Notes under the pieces: generated by a model | The model's database searches: none | Told to the model about the DNA's origin: nothing | Seen by the model: only the letters and a program-made list of their open reading frames with translations | Assembly (NCBI RefSeq): GCF_000142905.1 | Contig: NW_013657636.1 | Location: forward strand, 62,001 to 126,000 | DNA length: 64,000 bases | Origin: Thecamonas trahens ATCC 50062 | Taxonomy: Eukaryota; Protista; Apusomonadida | Reading direction: 5' to 3' | Position numbers and translations under genes: made by a program | In this document: positions 30,601 to 40,691 of the stretch, in pieces | Layout: every line of letters starts with the position of its first letter | Position numbering within the stretch: the first letter of the stretch is position 1

Positions 30601-33515
30601 GGGAGCTGCCGGAGTCGCCCGAGGTGGCGCCGCTGGCGCTGGTGCCGCTGAGTGAGTGCGTTCCGGTCACCGCCGACGAGCTTGTGCGGGCGAGCGAGCT
30701 GGCACTCTCGCGCGACGACGTGCCCGAGTTCCAGCGAATGGATGCGAGCTCGATCGAGGTGCCGGACGTCCACTTTTCGTTTGTGGTCTCGTGCTCCGAC
30801 TCGGACGAGTCGGCGAGCATGCCTGGCCGTGGTGGCGGTGGCTCGGGCTCGTCGCAGACGTCTGTCTCGACCGCTGTTGGGCTCACCGCCGGCAGCGAGT
30901 CGCCTTGGGCGCAGGCAGCGGCGGAGTCGCAGGCGTCAAGCGTCGGCGGCGAGCAAGGCGAAGCCAAGGCGCGTCCCGACGTGCCGGTCTTTGGCCTCGA
31001 CGCGTTTGAGGGCCGGGTACCCGGCTACGGCTTGACGTCGGTCGGAGTCACGTTCTCGCCGTCCGAGGTCGGAGTCTTTGAGCTCCACTGGCTCATCACA
31101 TTTGACTCGTCAGAGAAGCGGCTGGGCGTTGTGGTGCGCGGCGTTGCCGAGCCGATTCCGATCTCTGTAGGCTCTACGGGGCTCGATCTCGGCGTGTGCT
31201 ACGCAGGCCACATCTACCGCGACATTGCGGTCCTGCACAACGACTCCACGTCGACGTGTAAGATCTCACTGGCTGTGCCACCGCTGTACGCAGGATGCGT
31301 CGAGTTTCTGCCGCAGGTCGGGTTTGTGCAGGCACAGTCGTCGCTCTCTGTCCAGGTCAAGTTTGCACCGTCCGAGGAGCTGTTGGCCAAGGTGGGGCGG
31401 CTGCGCGCGAGCGTCCCACAACGGTCCGAGCTGGCACAAGGCCACGGGGCGATGGTCAACATGCCGATCAAGATTTCGGTCAAGGGTCAGGCGCTGCCTG
31501 TGTTCTTCCACCTGTACGCAGCGCTGACGTCGCCGTCGCTGGTGGTGCATCCGACAACACTCTCATTCGGCCGTGTCTCGCTTCACGCCTCGCGCGAGCT
31601 CGAGCTCAGGGTCTCGAACCCGAGCCTGCTCGTGCAGCAGTACGGGTTCCTCACGCTCGACGCCGGATGGTCGATCGAGCCGCAGGACGGGTTCGGGTCG
31701 CTGCTTCCGGGCGAGTCGCGGGTGCTCCGAGTCCAGTTCGCGCCGACGGCTGCGGTGTCGTACACCACCAAACTGGTGTGCAAGTCATCGCTGGGGCAGG
31801 AGCTTGTGGTGAGTGCCAGCGGGAGCGGGTTCAAGCCTGCGCTTGTGTTTGGCGCGCCGAGTCTTGCGCTGCCAGCCACGCCTATCGGCTCGTGCTCGTC
31901 GGCGCGAGTCTACCTGCGCAACCCGAGCAAGGTTGCACACAAGTTCGAGCTAGCGTGGGCACCCGAGCTCCCGATTGTGGTTGAGCCGTCGGTGGGCGAG
32001 GTGCCTGGGCGCGGCGAGATACTCCTGCTGGTGCTGCTGGCGCCGGGCGAGCAGACTGCCGACTTGTTACCGGCTCCGCGCGGGGCAGCTGCCAGCGCTG
32101 ATGTTCCGGCTGCCAAGAACGCATCTGAAGGTGGGAATGGTGGGGGCGGGGGCGAGGTTGTGCGTCGCGAGTTGAGCGAGGAAGAGGCTGCGCTTGCGCT
32201 GCTGGAGCAGACACTGCAAAAGGTGGCTGCGGGTGGGCAGCCGCGTCGAAGCGGGACGCGGGCAATTTGGGCCGAGGCCGGTGTCCGGCGCAGTCCAGTT
32301 GTGTGCTTTGTGGCGGGTGCTCCCAAGTCCGAGGCTGTCCTTCTTGATCTTGTGCTTCCTGTTGTGGAGCCTGCGCTGGCGGTCATTTCCAACGGCGGCT
32401 CGCGGGTGCTCGACTTTGGCGAGGTGCCGATGGGGGAGCGAGTGGTCAAGACGCTGACGCTCCGCAACGAGTCGGATGAGGTGGTAGAGCCTGCGGCGGG
32501 CCCGCTTGATCCTGTCGAGTCATCGTTTGTGGTACTGTCGGGCATGCGAGCGGTGGCACCGGGCAAGAGCCTGCGGCTGCTACTGGAGTTTGCGCCGTCG
32601 TCACAGGGGCGGTACAACCAGGAGCTGGAGCTGTACAAGCGTGAAGAACTGCGGGAGCTAGGAACGAGCGCAACTGCTGTACTGAGCGTTGCGCTTGTGG
32701 GGCTTGGGTCGTCGCCGTCGCTGCTGATCGAGCCGCTCCCGCGGGCATTGTTCATGGGCGACGTCAAGCCGGGCGAGAGCGTGAGCGAGCGGTTCACGCT
32801 CACCAACTCATCATCGTCGTTTGACGTCTCGTTTGTGGCCTCGCTGCGCCGTAGCGGCGAGCTGAACCGCAGCGGCATCAACCCGTTCTCGGTCTCTGTG
32901 CCGCGCGGGCGGCTGCTTCCAGGAGAGCGACTGGAGCTTGTGGTCGAGTTTGCGCCGGACCATGCGTCGGAGCGGTATGCGGACGAACTGTTGATTGAGC
33001 TTCCGTCGGAGCACGACAACGTGCGGATTCCATTGTCGGGCGTGGCGCACGCGCGCGATGTGTTCCTGCTTGCGGTGGGGTCCGTGCCGACGCCGCTTGT
33101 GCAGGATCTTGGTGCACCGCTAGTGTTTGCAGGCATGGAAGATGAGAGCGAGCCGCGGCACGAGATTGTGGTCCAGGTCGAGCTGTTGGCGGCTGCCGAT
33201 GGGCGAAGCTCTGAAGGCAAGCTGCGGTTCGGCAACGTCGCGCGCGGCGCGCCGGCGGAGCTCATCCTTGAGCCGCTCTCTGCCGATGCAGTGGCGGCTG
33301 GGTTCGAGATTCCAGGAGCGCGGACGGTGGTCCAGCCGCGGAGCGAGGAGATGCTTGTAATTCGCTACACCGGCCCACCGCGGCGAGCTGACGAGACGAC
33401 CATCCACGGCCACATGGGACTCCTTGCCAAGGATGGAAAGCGAGTGAGTGTGGTCGTCGTGGCCAAGGTCACTCCCGACAGCGCAAGCAGTCGCGTCGGC
33501 TTTGCCATGGCTTAA
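27636..33515 (+). CDS. CFAP74: Cilia- and flagella-associated protein 74 (coiled coil + multiple ASH/Ig-like domains)
   Basis: 1,959-aa ORF; ILARGGNPEEVF; F.DF.VG..Y...SLTNVSY..N.FK...RDFFEV.F.P.G.MSAG.S..LTVTF.PK..EDL; QQYGF..I.P.DGFG.LLP.E. All typical of CFAP74. Confidence 0.85.
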   Translation: MAIGAKAGKPPPATVSNPTTASTTATRKPTNTTTTTTTTTAAATTTTATTTNNNNNNNNNKAHVALAPPSLPPLSSHGVGNLVDDTELELSYNSPTRRRRRHHGHGHGHGHGQHERNMLHDSRRHAEFDAATADDAADDDDDGAAVTAASRLPRPVLPNIDAGRGGEQEAEGDAVAQQSQVMEFDSYSGDDRPLSAEAVLVTPAAVVRNGAGAHSPPHGRVDHHAGLGSVSPMSSDSLSSDSSPSVHAAESTRAMVYEWEQPPAPPPPPPNAEAQRAAVLDRYTAASGVITTYKTRDQREERIVQARAQRQLAELQTRVESCAVALQQARASLTAARREVDGTHAAMREVDKDIRKVTRSALRQPFELGSLRKRRAQLETQVRLQEREVTDAERAVARAEAELGTAERERTKVLPMEEALTKAGQSQLVELKVIANARLERELASAYQVDQRARTRELALVNATRKEATKVAVQMDSAVSARRKAAARIKAIRKAGANEDAAAAEATRAALTARRKAIRELKDHTEEAQAEIRAANKARARAAARRRREEEREAAAILARGGNPEEVFRRRRLEEAYRRRAEAEEVELEERKMAIAARVLVEEERHERQLRRADKLSVEQATKASAQRRILSRKDKREAVMEYLRSHKRDDAVLDGGLPAPQLGPNSIQPPFPSDIAPRESWAHPLGDEATAMTRELEAAERAKYAELVSSLPPLTASASTTTGRGELPKLEMSDGERGSGRATGGADPFAAFVRPISAPAERGGAARGRTSRQSRGSDDMLVPEMQGLWESDSKRAGNRAGEAVRSARMRRNGSLHRRARSARTSRPRIDPNYSDTVRVAGFEASPASLTFADFVVGEHYSQTFSLTNVSYGFNSFKVLELPLAVRDFFEVAFTPQGNMSAGLSTELTVTFSPKVDEDLTTLLQIQSKTGVLGVPIAAKTRKCDVALESKILDFGSVVIGESSTLKLTIINSGAVPTEFELDPYVLDRELPESPEVAPLALVPLSECVPVTADELVRASELALSRDDVPEFQRMDASSIEVPDVHFSFVVSCSDSDESASMPGRGGGGSGSSQTSVSTAVGLTAGSESPWAQAAAESQASSVGGEQGEAKARPDVPVFGLDAFEGRVPGYGLTSVGVTFSPSEVGVFELHWLITFDSSEKRLGVVVRGVAEPIPISVGSTGLDLGVCYAGHIYRDIAVLHNDSTSTCKISLAVPPLYAGCVEFLPQVGFVQAQSSLSVQVKFAPSEELLAKVGRLRASVPQRSELAQGHGAMVNMPIKISVKGQALPVFFHLYAALTSPSLVVHPTTLSFGRVSLHASRELELRVSNPSLLVQQYGFLTLDAGWSIEPQDGFGSLLPGESRVLRVQFAPTAAVSYTTKLVCKSSLGQELVVSASGSGFKPALVFGAPSLALPATPIGSCSSARVYLRNPSKVAHKFELAWAPELPIVVEPSVGEVPGRGEILLLVLLAPGEQTADLLPAPRGAAASADVPAAKNASEGGNGGGGGEVVRRELSEEEAALALLEQTLQKVAAGGQPRRSGTRAIWAEAGVRRSPVVCFVAGAPKSEAVLLDLVLPVVEPALAVISNGGSRVLDFGEVPMGERVVKTLTLRNESDEVVEPAAGPLDPVESSFVVLSGMRAVAPGKSLRLLLEFAPSSQGRYNQELELYKREELRELGTSATAVLSVALVGLGSSPSLLIEPLPRALFMGDVKPGESVSERFTLTNSSSSFDVSFVASLRRSGELNRSGINPFSVSVPRGRLLPGERLELVVEFAPDHASERYADELLIELPSEHDNVRIPLSGVAHARDVFLLAVGSVPTPLVQDLGAPLVFAGMEDESEPRHEIVVQVELLAAADGRSSEGKLRFGNVARGAPAELILEPLSADAVAAGFEIPGARTVVQPRSEEMLVIRYTGPPRRADETTIHGHMGLLAKDGKRVSVVVVAKVTPDSASSRVGFAMA

Positions 33516-33670
33516 ACAAGATGACGAGCATATATGAGTCATTGACCTGTGATGGTTGAGTCTCCATCGTATCCACGTGAGGCGCCGAGTCGGTCGTCCG
33601 GCCAGTAAGCGCAGAGTCCGCTCTAAGACGGCGAGAGCTGCCACCTGACTCAAAGTCTGTCGACGGGAGC

Positions 33671-35131
33671 ATGGCGGACTACAGCGGGATGAAGCTTGAC
33701 GAGGGGCGTCAGCATGAGAAGGAGGGAGATAAGCAGTATGTGTCGTGACGCGGGAGGGGGGGGGATTTGATATGGGTGGGGCTGTATGGGTTATATGGGT
33801 GGTGGGTGGCATGGGGGACGACCTGGGGGGTGACACGGCTGGCAACGTGGACGTGGACGGCGATGCGAACAACTGCACGGACGCGGTGACATGGCCGGTG
33901 GCACGGACGGCGACATGGACGGTGGCACGGATGGCGACATGGACGGCGACATGGACGTCACACCATTTGATTGTGGTCAACCGATGCACGCCAAAGGATG
34001 ACCACATCGTTGTTCAAGTGGAAGAAGGATCCCGAGGCTGCGGCAATCGCATACACGGCGGCAGGTGTGGCGTACAAGGCGGCAAAGGCACATGAGGACG
34101 TTGTGCGGGTGTGCGAGAAGGCTGCGGCGCGGCACGAGGAGACAGGTGCGATCTTCCACGCCGGACAGGCTAAAGAGCGGGCTGCTGAGGCTGCCCTCGC
34201 CCTCAACCAGCACTCGGTCGCCACCAGGCTGTACTCGGAGGCCGCGATCATGTATCGGATGAACGGCTCGCTGCCCGAGGCGCTCAAGGTCTACAACGTG
34301 GCCGCCAAGGCACTCGAAGGGAAGGACAAGTTTGGCGAGGCGCTGGACCTGCTCACTATCGCCGAAGAGCTCTTTGCTGATGGCGAGATGGACTTGCGCT
34401 TTGCTTCGGAGACGTACCGCACCGCACTCCGCATCGCCATCAAGAAGCGCGACTGGGCCCGCTCTCTTGAGCTGCTCGAAGCCCAGATCGGCCACTTTAC
34501 CGCCCTTGAGCAGGACGGCATGCTGTTCAAGACCATGCTCTCATACGTGGTTGTCGCCCTCGCCTCCAACGACTACGTCGCCGCAGACCGCGCCAACACC
34601 GCGCACCTCTCAGTCCGCGGCTACCTCCGTTCCACCGAGTCCAACGCCGCCAACGACCTGCTCGATGCATTTGAGTCTGCCGATGACGACGCCATCGCCG
34701 CTGTCGCCTCTCGCCAGGTCTTCACCTTCCTCGACCAGGGTGTCCTCCGCCTTGCCCGCGCTCTCACCTCGGGTGGCGTCCGCAGTGGCGGCAAGAAGAA
34801 GTCCTCCAAGACCAAGGCCCGCTCTAAAGCTGCTGCCGCTCCGGCTGCATCTTCGCCTGACGCACCCGATGCCGCCCAGGCCGCTCGCAATGCGCTCTTT
34901 GCCGCCCCGTCCACCGCCGCTGCCGCTGCCGACGCCTCGACCACGGCGCCCCATGCTGTTCTGCCGGTCGGTGAGGACGAGCCCTCGCCTGCCGCCGATG
35001 TCGGCGCTAGTGAGCCTGCGCATGTCGTCGATGTCGGCGCTAGTGAGCCTGCGCATGTCGATGTCCTTGGCGAGGCCCAAGACGATGATGCAGATGACGA
35101 CGATGAGGACTCCGACGACTCGCTGCTGTAG
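33671..35131 (+). CDS. NAPG: Gamma-soluble NSF attachment protein; exons 33671-33735, 33997-35131
   Basis: Spliced N-terminus KLDEGRQHEKEGDKQMTTSLFKWKKDPEAAA; FHAGQAKERAA; LASNDYVAA; FTFLD; acidic tail ending DDSLL. GTATGT...AAG intron. Confidence 0.9.
33884..33958. repeat. 12-bp tandem repeat (GGACGGCGACAT / GGACGGTGGCAC) inside the gamma-SNAP intron
   Basis: About 6 degenerate copies seen directly. Confidence 0.75.
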
Positions 35132-35792
35132 TTGTAGCCGTCCCCACACAAACACCCCAATCCACGCGAGATGCTGCTCTTCGAGGAAAGAGCGAGGAAA
35201 ATACTGGTAGACACCCCAGTTGCCCCCTCGACCGAGTACGCCTATCTTCACCACCAATGCCCATGGGAACCAAACCCAAGTACACATGCAATACTACATG
35301 CGGGTACTTGACTCTGCATGCAGGGAGACGTAGGAGAGACAACTAATTGTGCCGTGCATGCCTACCCCCGCCACTCATCCCCTCCCCACTTGGTTTACTT
35401 TTTTTACCCCTACCTCGACACCCGCCCCTCCCCCTCACCACCCACCAACCTCATCCATCCTATCCACCCACCCGACCGCCATTCCCACACCATCAATAAC
35501 ACATCAAGACACCAAGAAAGTCCCAAAGAACAATGAGAAAAGAGACAGACGAAAACAATAGCTGCGTGTGCGCACAGCCTGTGATACAAGTGCGACAAAA
35601 ATAATCTCCCCCCCCCCCTTTGCCCACCACCAGCCAAACGCACATGCAACGGTCGTTGCCTCCTCCTCCCAACGAATGAACGGAACGAGACACGTGGAGT
35701 CGACCTGTGTTGAGTGGGGGGGGGGGGGGAGGGGGGGAGGGGGGTACGGAGCAGAGACTCCAGCTGGTGGACACACCTCACCCCCATTGGCT

Positions 35793-37618
35793 ATGACTAC
35801 CGTGCGGGCACTCTACGACTATACGGGTGAGAATGAGGGTATGTAGGCGGAGGAGGGGGGAGGGGGAGGGGGGGACGGGGGAGGGGGGGAGGTCGTGGTG
35901 GTGACGTTGGCGGTGGGCATGGGCACGGGCATGGGCATGGGTGTGAAAGTGACTCATGGTAGAGGTGGCTGGCTGACGGGACGGGCATAGGCGATCTGTC
36001 GTTCTACGAGGGCGAGGTCATTACGGTGGTTACGGAGGATCCGGGCGATGGGTGGACCGAGGGCGAGGTGAACGGCTCGAGAGGCTTCTTCCCCACAAAC
36101 TACGTAGAGGTGATCGTGGCAGAGAGTGCTTCGTCTGCTCCGCCAGCTCCGCCAGCCAAGGCTCACGCAAAGCCCATGCCGTCGTTGCCGCATGCGGGTG
36201 GTGGTGAAACAAGCAGCGGACCGGATGCGGCTGATGCGGTCATTGATGCCTCAGCCCTGGCGGCGTCCATCTCGGATGTTATGGCTGATGGCGGGGACGA
36301 TGCGGGATGGGAGACGTCAGACTCGTCGGAAGATGGGTGGGGCGAGACAGGGACAGGCGCGAGTGGGCAAAGTGGAGCGAGTGCTCCGGCTGTGCCAGCG
36401 AGGTCGACGCTGGCGGCGCCGTCACCTGCTACGGCCAGGGAGCGGCGGCTGTCGACAGACATGTCACGGAGACTCTCTGTCCTCGACGCGCCGACGGTGG
36501 AGATCGACGAGCAGAACCGAATCTCTGCAGGGTTCGAGTGGGTGGCGGAGGAGGCGTACTTTTCGATCAAGGTGGCCAATCCGGAGAAGAAGAAGAAGTT
36601 TGGCGGACTCAAAAAGTACACGGCATACGTGGTGGAGACGCCAGCGCGCGGCTGGCGGGTTCTCCGACGGTACAAGCACTTTGACTGGCTCCACGAGCGG
36701 CTGGAGAAGAAGTACACAGCCATCGCTATTCCGCCGTTGCCTGAAAAGTCCGCCACAGGCCGGTTCAACGAGGACTTTATCGAGGAGCGCCGCATGGGCC
36801 TGACGTACTTTCTCAACACGCTCGCCCGCCACCCGGTCCTCCGCTCTTCGGCCGTCTTTCTGCACTTTCTCTCGGTTGACAACTCGAACGATGACACAGC
36901 GTGGAAGGCCGGAAAGCGCCAGCATGAGAAGGACGCGGTCTCGGGCGAGAACTGGTTCTTTTCGGTCGCCCCAGCTGTCGCTGTTGAGGGCCAGGCCGTG
37001 GTGCCTGTTCTAGAGACCTTTTCCAAGGATCTGAACTCGGAGCTCACGCTCTCGTCGACGCTGGAAAAGCAGCTGGAAGGGTGGCAGACTCGGTGGAGTG
37101 ACGATGCCAAGGCGCTGTCGTCGCTGGCCGAGACGTACGCGACACTGGCCCAGGTCGACGAAGGGGTGCCGACGCTGCAGGCGGCGCTGGCGGCGTGTGC
37201 GCAAAAGGTGGCCAGCATCTCGCAGCTCTCGCTGGGAGCCTCGCAGGCCGAGGACATCATGCTACGCACACTGGCGCTGCATCGGACCAAGATGAAGCTC
37301 CTGCAAAAGGCGCTCAAGGTTGAGCAGAGCGCGCGCACCCGATACGTTTCGGCCTACTCCAAGGTCAACGGCCGCGAGCCTACGCCTGAGGAGTCGGTCA
37401 AGCTCGAGGTCCTCCGCTCGGCGTCGAACCGCAAGATGTGCGTGGCGCTTGCCGAGATGGCTCACTACCGGCTCACCCGTAAGGTCGACTTTAAGAACAC
37501 ACTGCTTGGGTACATCCGCGAGCAGGAGGCATTCCATGCCAAGGCCGGTGAGGCGTGGGCGGCCGCACGGGCGACGGTTGAGGCCATTGACGTCGACGAG
37601 CACATGTTCGACGCCTGA
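35793..37618 (+). CDS. SH3-PX-BAR sorting nexin (SNX9/18/33 family); exons 35793-35838, 35991-37618
   Basis: SH3 VRALYDYTGENEGDLSF..GWTEG..GFFPTNYV. PX VLRRYKHFDWLHERL..IPPLPEK.ATGRFNEDFIEERR. C-terminal BAR helices (LAEMAHY..DFK). GTATGT...TAG intron with GCTGAC branch. Confidence 0.92.
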
Positions 37619-37636
37619 TGCGGGCTGGCGGGCGAG

Positions 37637-39165
37637 CTAGCCGGTTGCCGTCTCGAAGATCGCGTCGGCGTCGGCGAGATGCACGTCGTGGACGCGCCAG
37701 CGGACAACGCGGTCGCGGCGCTCACGCCCGTTGGGCCCCACTGCATAGCAGAGGATGCCCAGCGCCGACCACGGCGCCTTGATGAAGCCGTCGGCACCGT
37801 ATGACGGCGCCGTCTTGCACGGCGCGGAGCCGTAGGCCTGGCCAAATGAGGAGCTTTCACCGGACGCACGTGCATAGATGAAGACCGCCTTCTTGACCCG
37901 CGAGTTGAGGCCAGCAATGGCCTCACTCACCCCGACCGAGCGCGTGGGCGACGCCTCGTTGCGCATCTGCTGCGAGACCTGCATAAAGGCCGACATGACC
38001 CGCGATATGACAAACTTGGGCGAGCCGAGGAGGAACCGCCGGCGCCGGTCGAGCGAGTCGACCTCCGACGGCGAGGCTGGCAGCAGGGCCACCAGCTCCT
38101 CCACAACCCCGAGATAGTACGATTCGGCCTGCGCACGCGACGGCAGCGGCGTGCGCATCACGTCGCGGACGTAGCCCGACCCGTTGTTCATCTGCTGCAT
38201 CCGCTCGAGGTTGACCGAGTACCGGTCGTTGAGGATCGAGACAGACGACTCGCCGGCTGCGTATGCAGCGTTGAGGATGATTGTTGAGGCCGGATCGTAG
38301 TTCTGCGGGCCCGAGTCGTCCAACCACGACCACTGTGCAAAGAGCCCGCCGCCGGTATCGCTGGCCATGCTCCTACTGCCAGGCATCCCAAACGTCATGC
38401 CGCCGTCGTCGCCGCCAAAGCCCTCGCCTCGCCGCGACCAGCCACTACCTCCGCCACGACCGCCACGACCACGGCCACGGCCACGACCGCGGGATTTGCG
38501 ACTGTTGTTTCGCGACGACGATCCGCTTGAGCCCCAGCCATCCTCGCGATGCGGAGGTGACGCGCCATGCGCTGATGACGACGACGACGACCGCTTCCCG
38601 CGGCTGCTCGAGTTGCGGAAGGAGGCGCGATCTGACTTGCCACGACCCGCCTTGCCCCGACCCGCCCTGCCGCGATTAGAACGAGCAGATGGCGGCGAGG
38701 TTGCGAGAGGATCCTGCTGATTGCCAGACAAGAGCGAAGCCATTGGCGGCGACTCGCTGCGGGCAAACTTGCCCCTCGGCCCACGGCCTTTGCTCTTGCT
38801 CTGCCTCTGCTTCTGCTTCTGCTGCGGACGCCGCTGTCGCTGGCGCTGGCGCTGATGCATGTGCTTCTTCTCCTCGGCCGCCCTGCGCCAGTCGAGCGAG
38901 TCAGAGCCGCCTGCTCCAGGAGAGCCTGCTGCGGCGGCGGTGGAGGCGGTCGAGCCGGGCGTAGCGACAGTCCCGCCAGTCAGCGAGCGCCGGCGGGTGG
39001 GCGACGGTCGTTGCGTTCGTCATCGTCGTCGTCGGCCTGCTGGCCTTGTGCGATACGAACTGGACGGGGCGAGCTGGGCCGGCCACCACGAGAGGAGGAT
39101 CGTCGCGTGCGTGGGCCAGCACTACGGGGTGCACTCGCGGCATCCGTGGTGGACCTGGTGTCCAT
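37637..39165 (-). CDS. WWE-domain protein with RG/S-rich N-terminus; one -1 frameshift at ~38985-39015
   Basis: WWE: WSWLDDSGPQNYDPASTIILNAAY..YSVNLERMQQMNNGSGYVRDVMR. ATG at 39165 in GCCGCCATGG context. 39165-37637 is one base short of a multiple of 3. Confidence 0.7.
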
Positions 39166-39667
39166 GGCGGCAGAGACAAGTTGTGCGTGATGGAGGTGGT
39201 GCCCCTCCCCCCCCCCCCCCCCCCCCCCGTTGCCTCCCCCGTTGCCTCCCCCGAATGGAACAATGGGAAGAAAAGGGCACATGGCTGGAACGCAGCGAGT
39301 CGCATTGGTTGCCAGCCGACGGAGCAGTGACTGCACCAGCCGAACACCCGCCCGCGACGGAAGCAGCCCGCAGCAGAGGCACATGCACACACACACACAC
39401 ACGTATACATCCCTGCATCCATGCATTTATATGCACGCGCACGTGCAATCGGCTCTACGCCTTTGTCTTGGTCCTTCCCCAGCATCCATCCCCATCGATC
39501 ATCGCTCCCGATGAACGCTCCCCCGTGATCACCCCGCCGCCAGGTCCGCCCGATCGATCAACCACCCGCCCATACCTAGCATGCCTTTGCACACAGGCAA
39601 GCAGGCATAGGCTGCGTTCAGCCCGACACCCCCCCCCATACCTATCCCCAGGCTAGGCCGGCCTCTT

Positions 39668-39729
39668 CGCCCGATCGATCACCCGCCCGATCGATCACCC
39701 GCCCGATCGATCACCCGCCCGATCGATCA
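39668..39729. repeat. 16-bp tandem repeat CGCCCGATCGATCACC x~4 in the TAF10 promoter
   Basis: Seen directly; an isolated extra copy lies at ~39547-39560. Confidence 0.9.
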
Positions 39730-39783
39730 GCCCGTCACCCACCTCCACCAACACCGCACATACACCTCTACAGAAAGACGACG

Positions 39784-40685
39784 ATGGAGGCAGGCGGCGG
39801 CTTGAGCGAGAACGGACTGGTGGCCATGGAGACGGGTGAGGGGGCGGGAGCGGGTGGGCAGGTGGCGGGAATGGGCGGCAGCACAGCAGGCAGTCCGGCA
39901 GCCGGCGGAGCAGCCGCCATGGAGACCACAGAGACGAGCCATGGCGAGGCTGCGGGTGCAGGGAGCAGCAGCAACAACACAAGCAAAGGCCCAGCCGACG
40001 AGGGGGAGGCCCAGGCGCAGGCTGAGGTCGAGGCCCTGCTCGAGTCGCTCAAGGACTTTGTGCCCACGGTAGGTGCAAGGACGAGCGGGGGGGGAGGGGG
40101 GAGGGGAGGGGGGAGGGGGGGTCACTCATGGTGGGTATGGGCTTGGGAATGGGGTGGACTCTGCGGTTATGACTTGGCTGACTTGACCGGCTTCGTGGTG
40201 GACTTGGCTGGCTTGGTTGCTTGGTACTTGGGCTGGCGGTGGGACGGACATGGGATGGGCGCTGGGACGGGCGCTGGCCACTGGCCGCTGCAATGGACGC
40301 TGGCCGGGTCGCCGGATGCTGGCTATGGACGCTGAACACTGATTGGATCGGATCGGATCGGGGGGGGGGGGGGGGGGTATGCATGCGACTGGTTATTGTG
40401 GGAGGACAGATCCCACCCGAGGTTACGGCCCACTACATGGAGTCTGCGGGGTGCGTTACGACAGACATGCGGGTGCAGCAGCTGATGGCTCTGGCCGCAG
40501 AGAAGTTTGTATCCGACGTCACCAACTCGGCGCTGCAGTTCTGCAAAATCCGCCAGCAGAGCAAGAAAAAGTCGGCTGCCGACGATGCCTTTGTGCTGCG
40601 TACAGAGGACCTTGTCGCCGCGCTCCGCGACACTGGCATCAACGTCTCCAAGCCCGAGTACCTCATCAGCAAGGGCAAGCAGTAA
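39784..40685 (+). CDS. TAF10: TFIID/SAGA subunit TAF10; exons 39784-40068, 40410-40685
   Basis: LLESLKDFVPT|IPPEVTAHYMESAG..DMRVQQLMALAAEKFVSDVTNSALQFCKIR..VLRTEDLVAALRDTGINVSKPEY. GTAGGT...CAG intron. Confidence 0.93.
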
Positions 40686-40691
40686 ATGTGT

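Noticed and set aside
34997-35063. 33-bp duplication in the gamma-SNAP tail (DVGASEPAHV x2)
   Set aside because: Ordinary in-frame slippage in a disordered linker.
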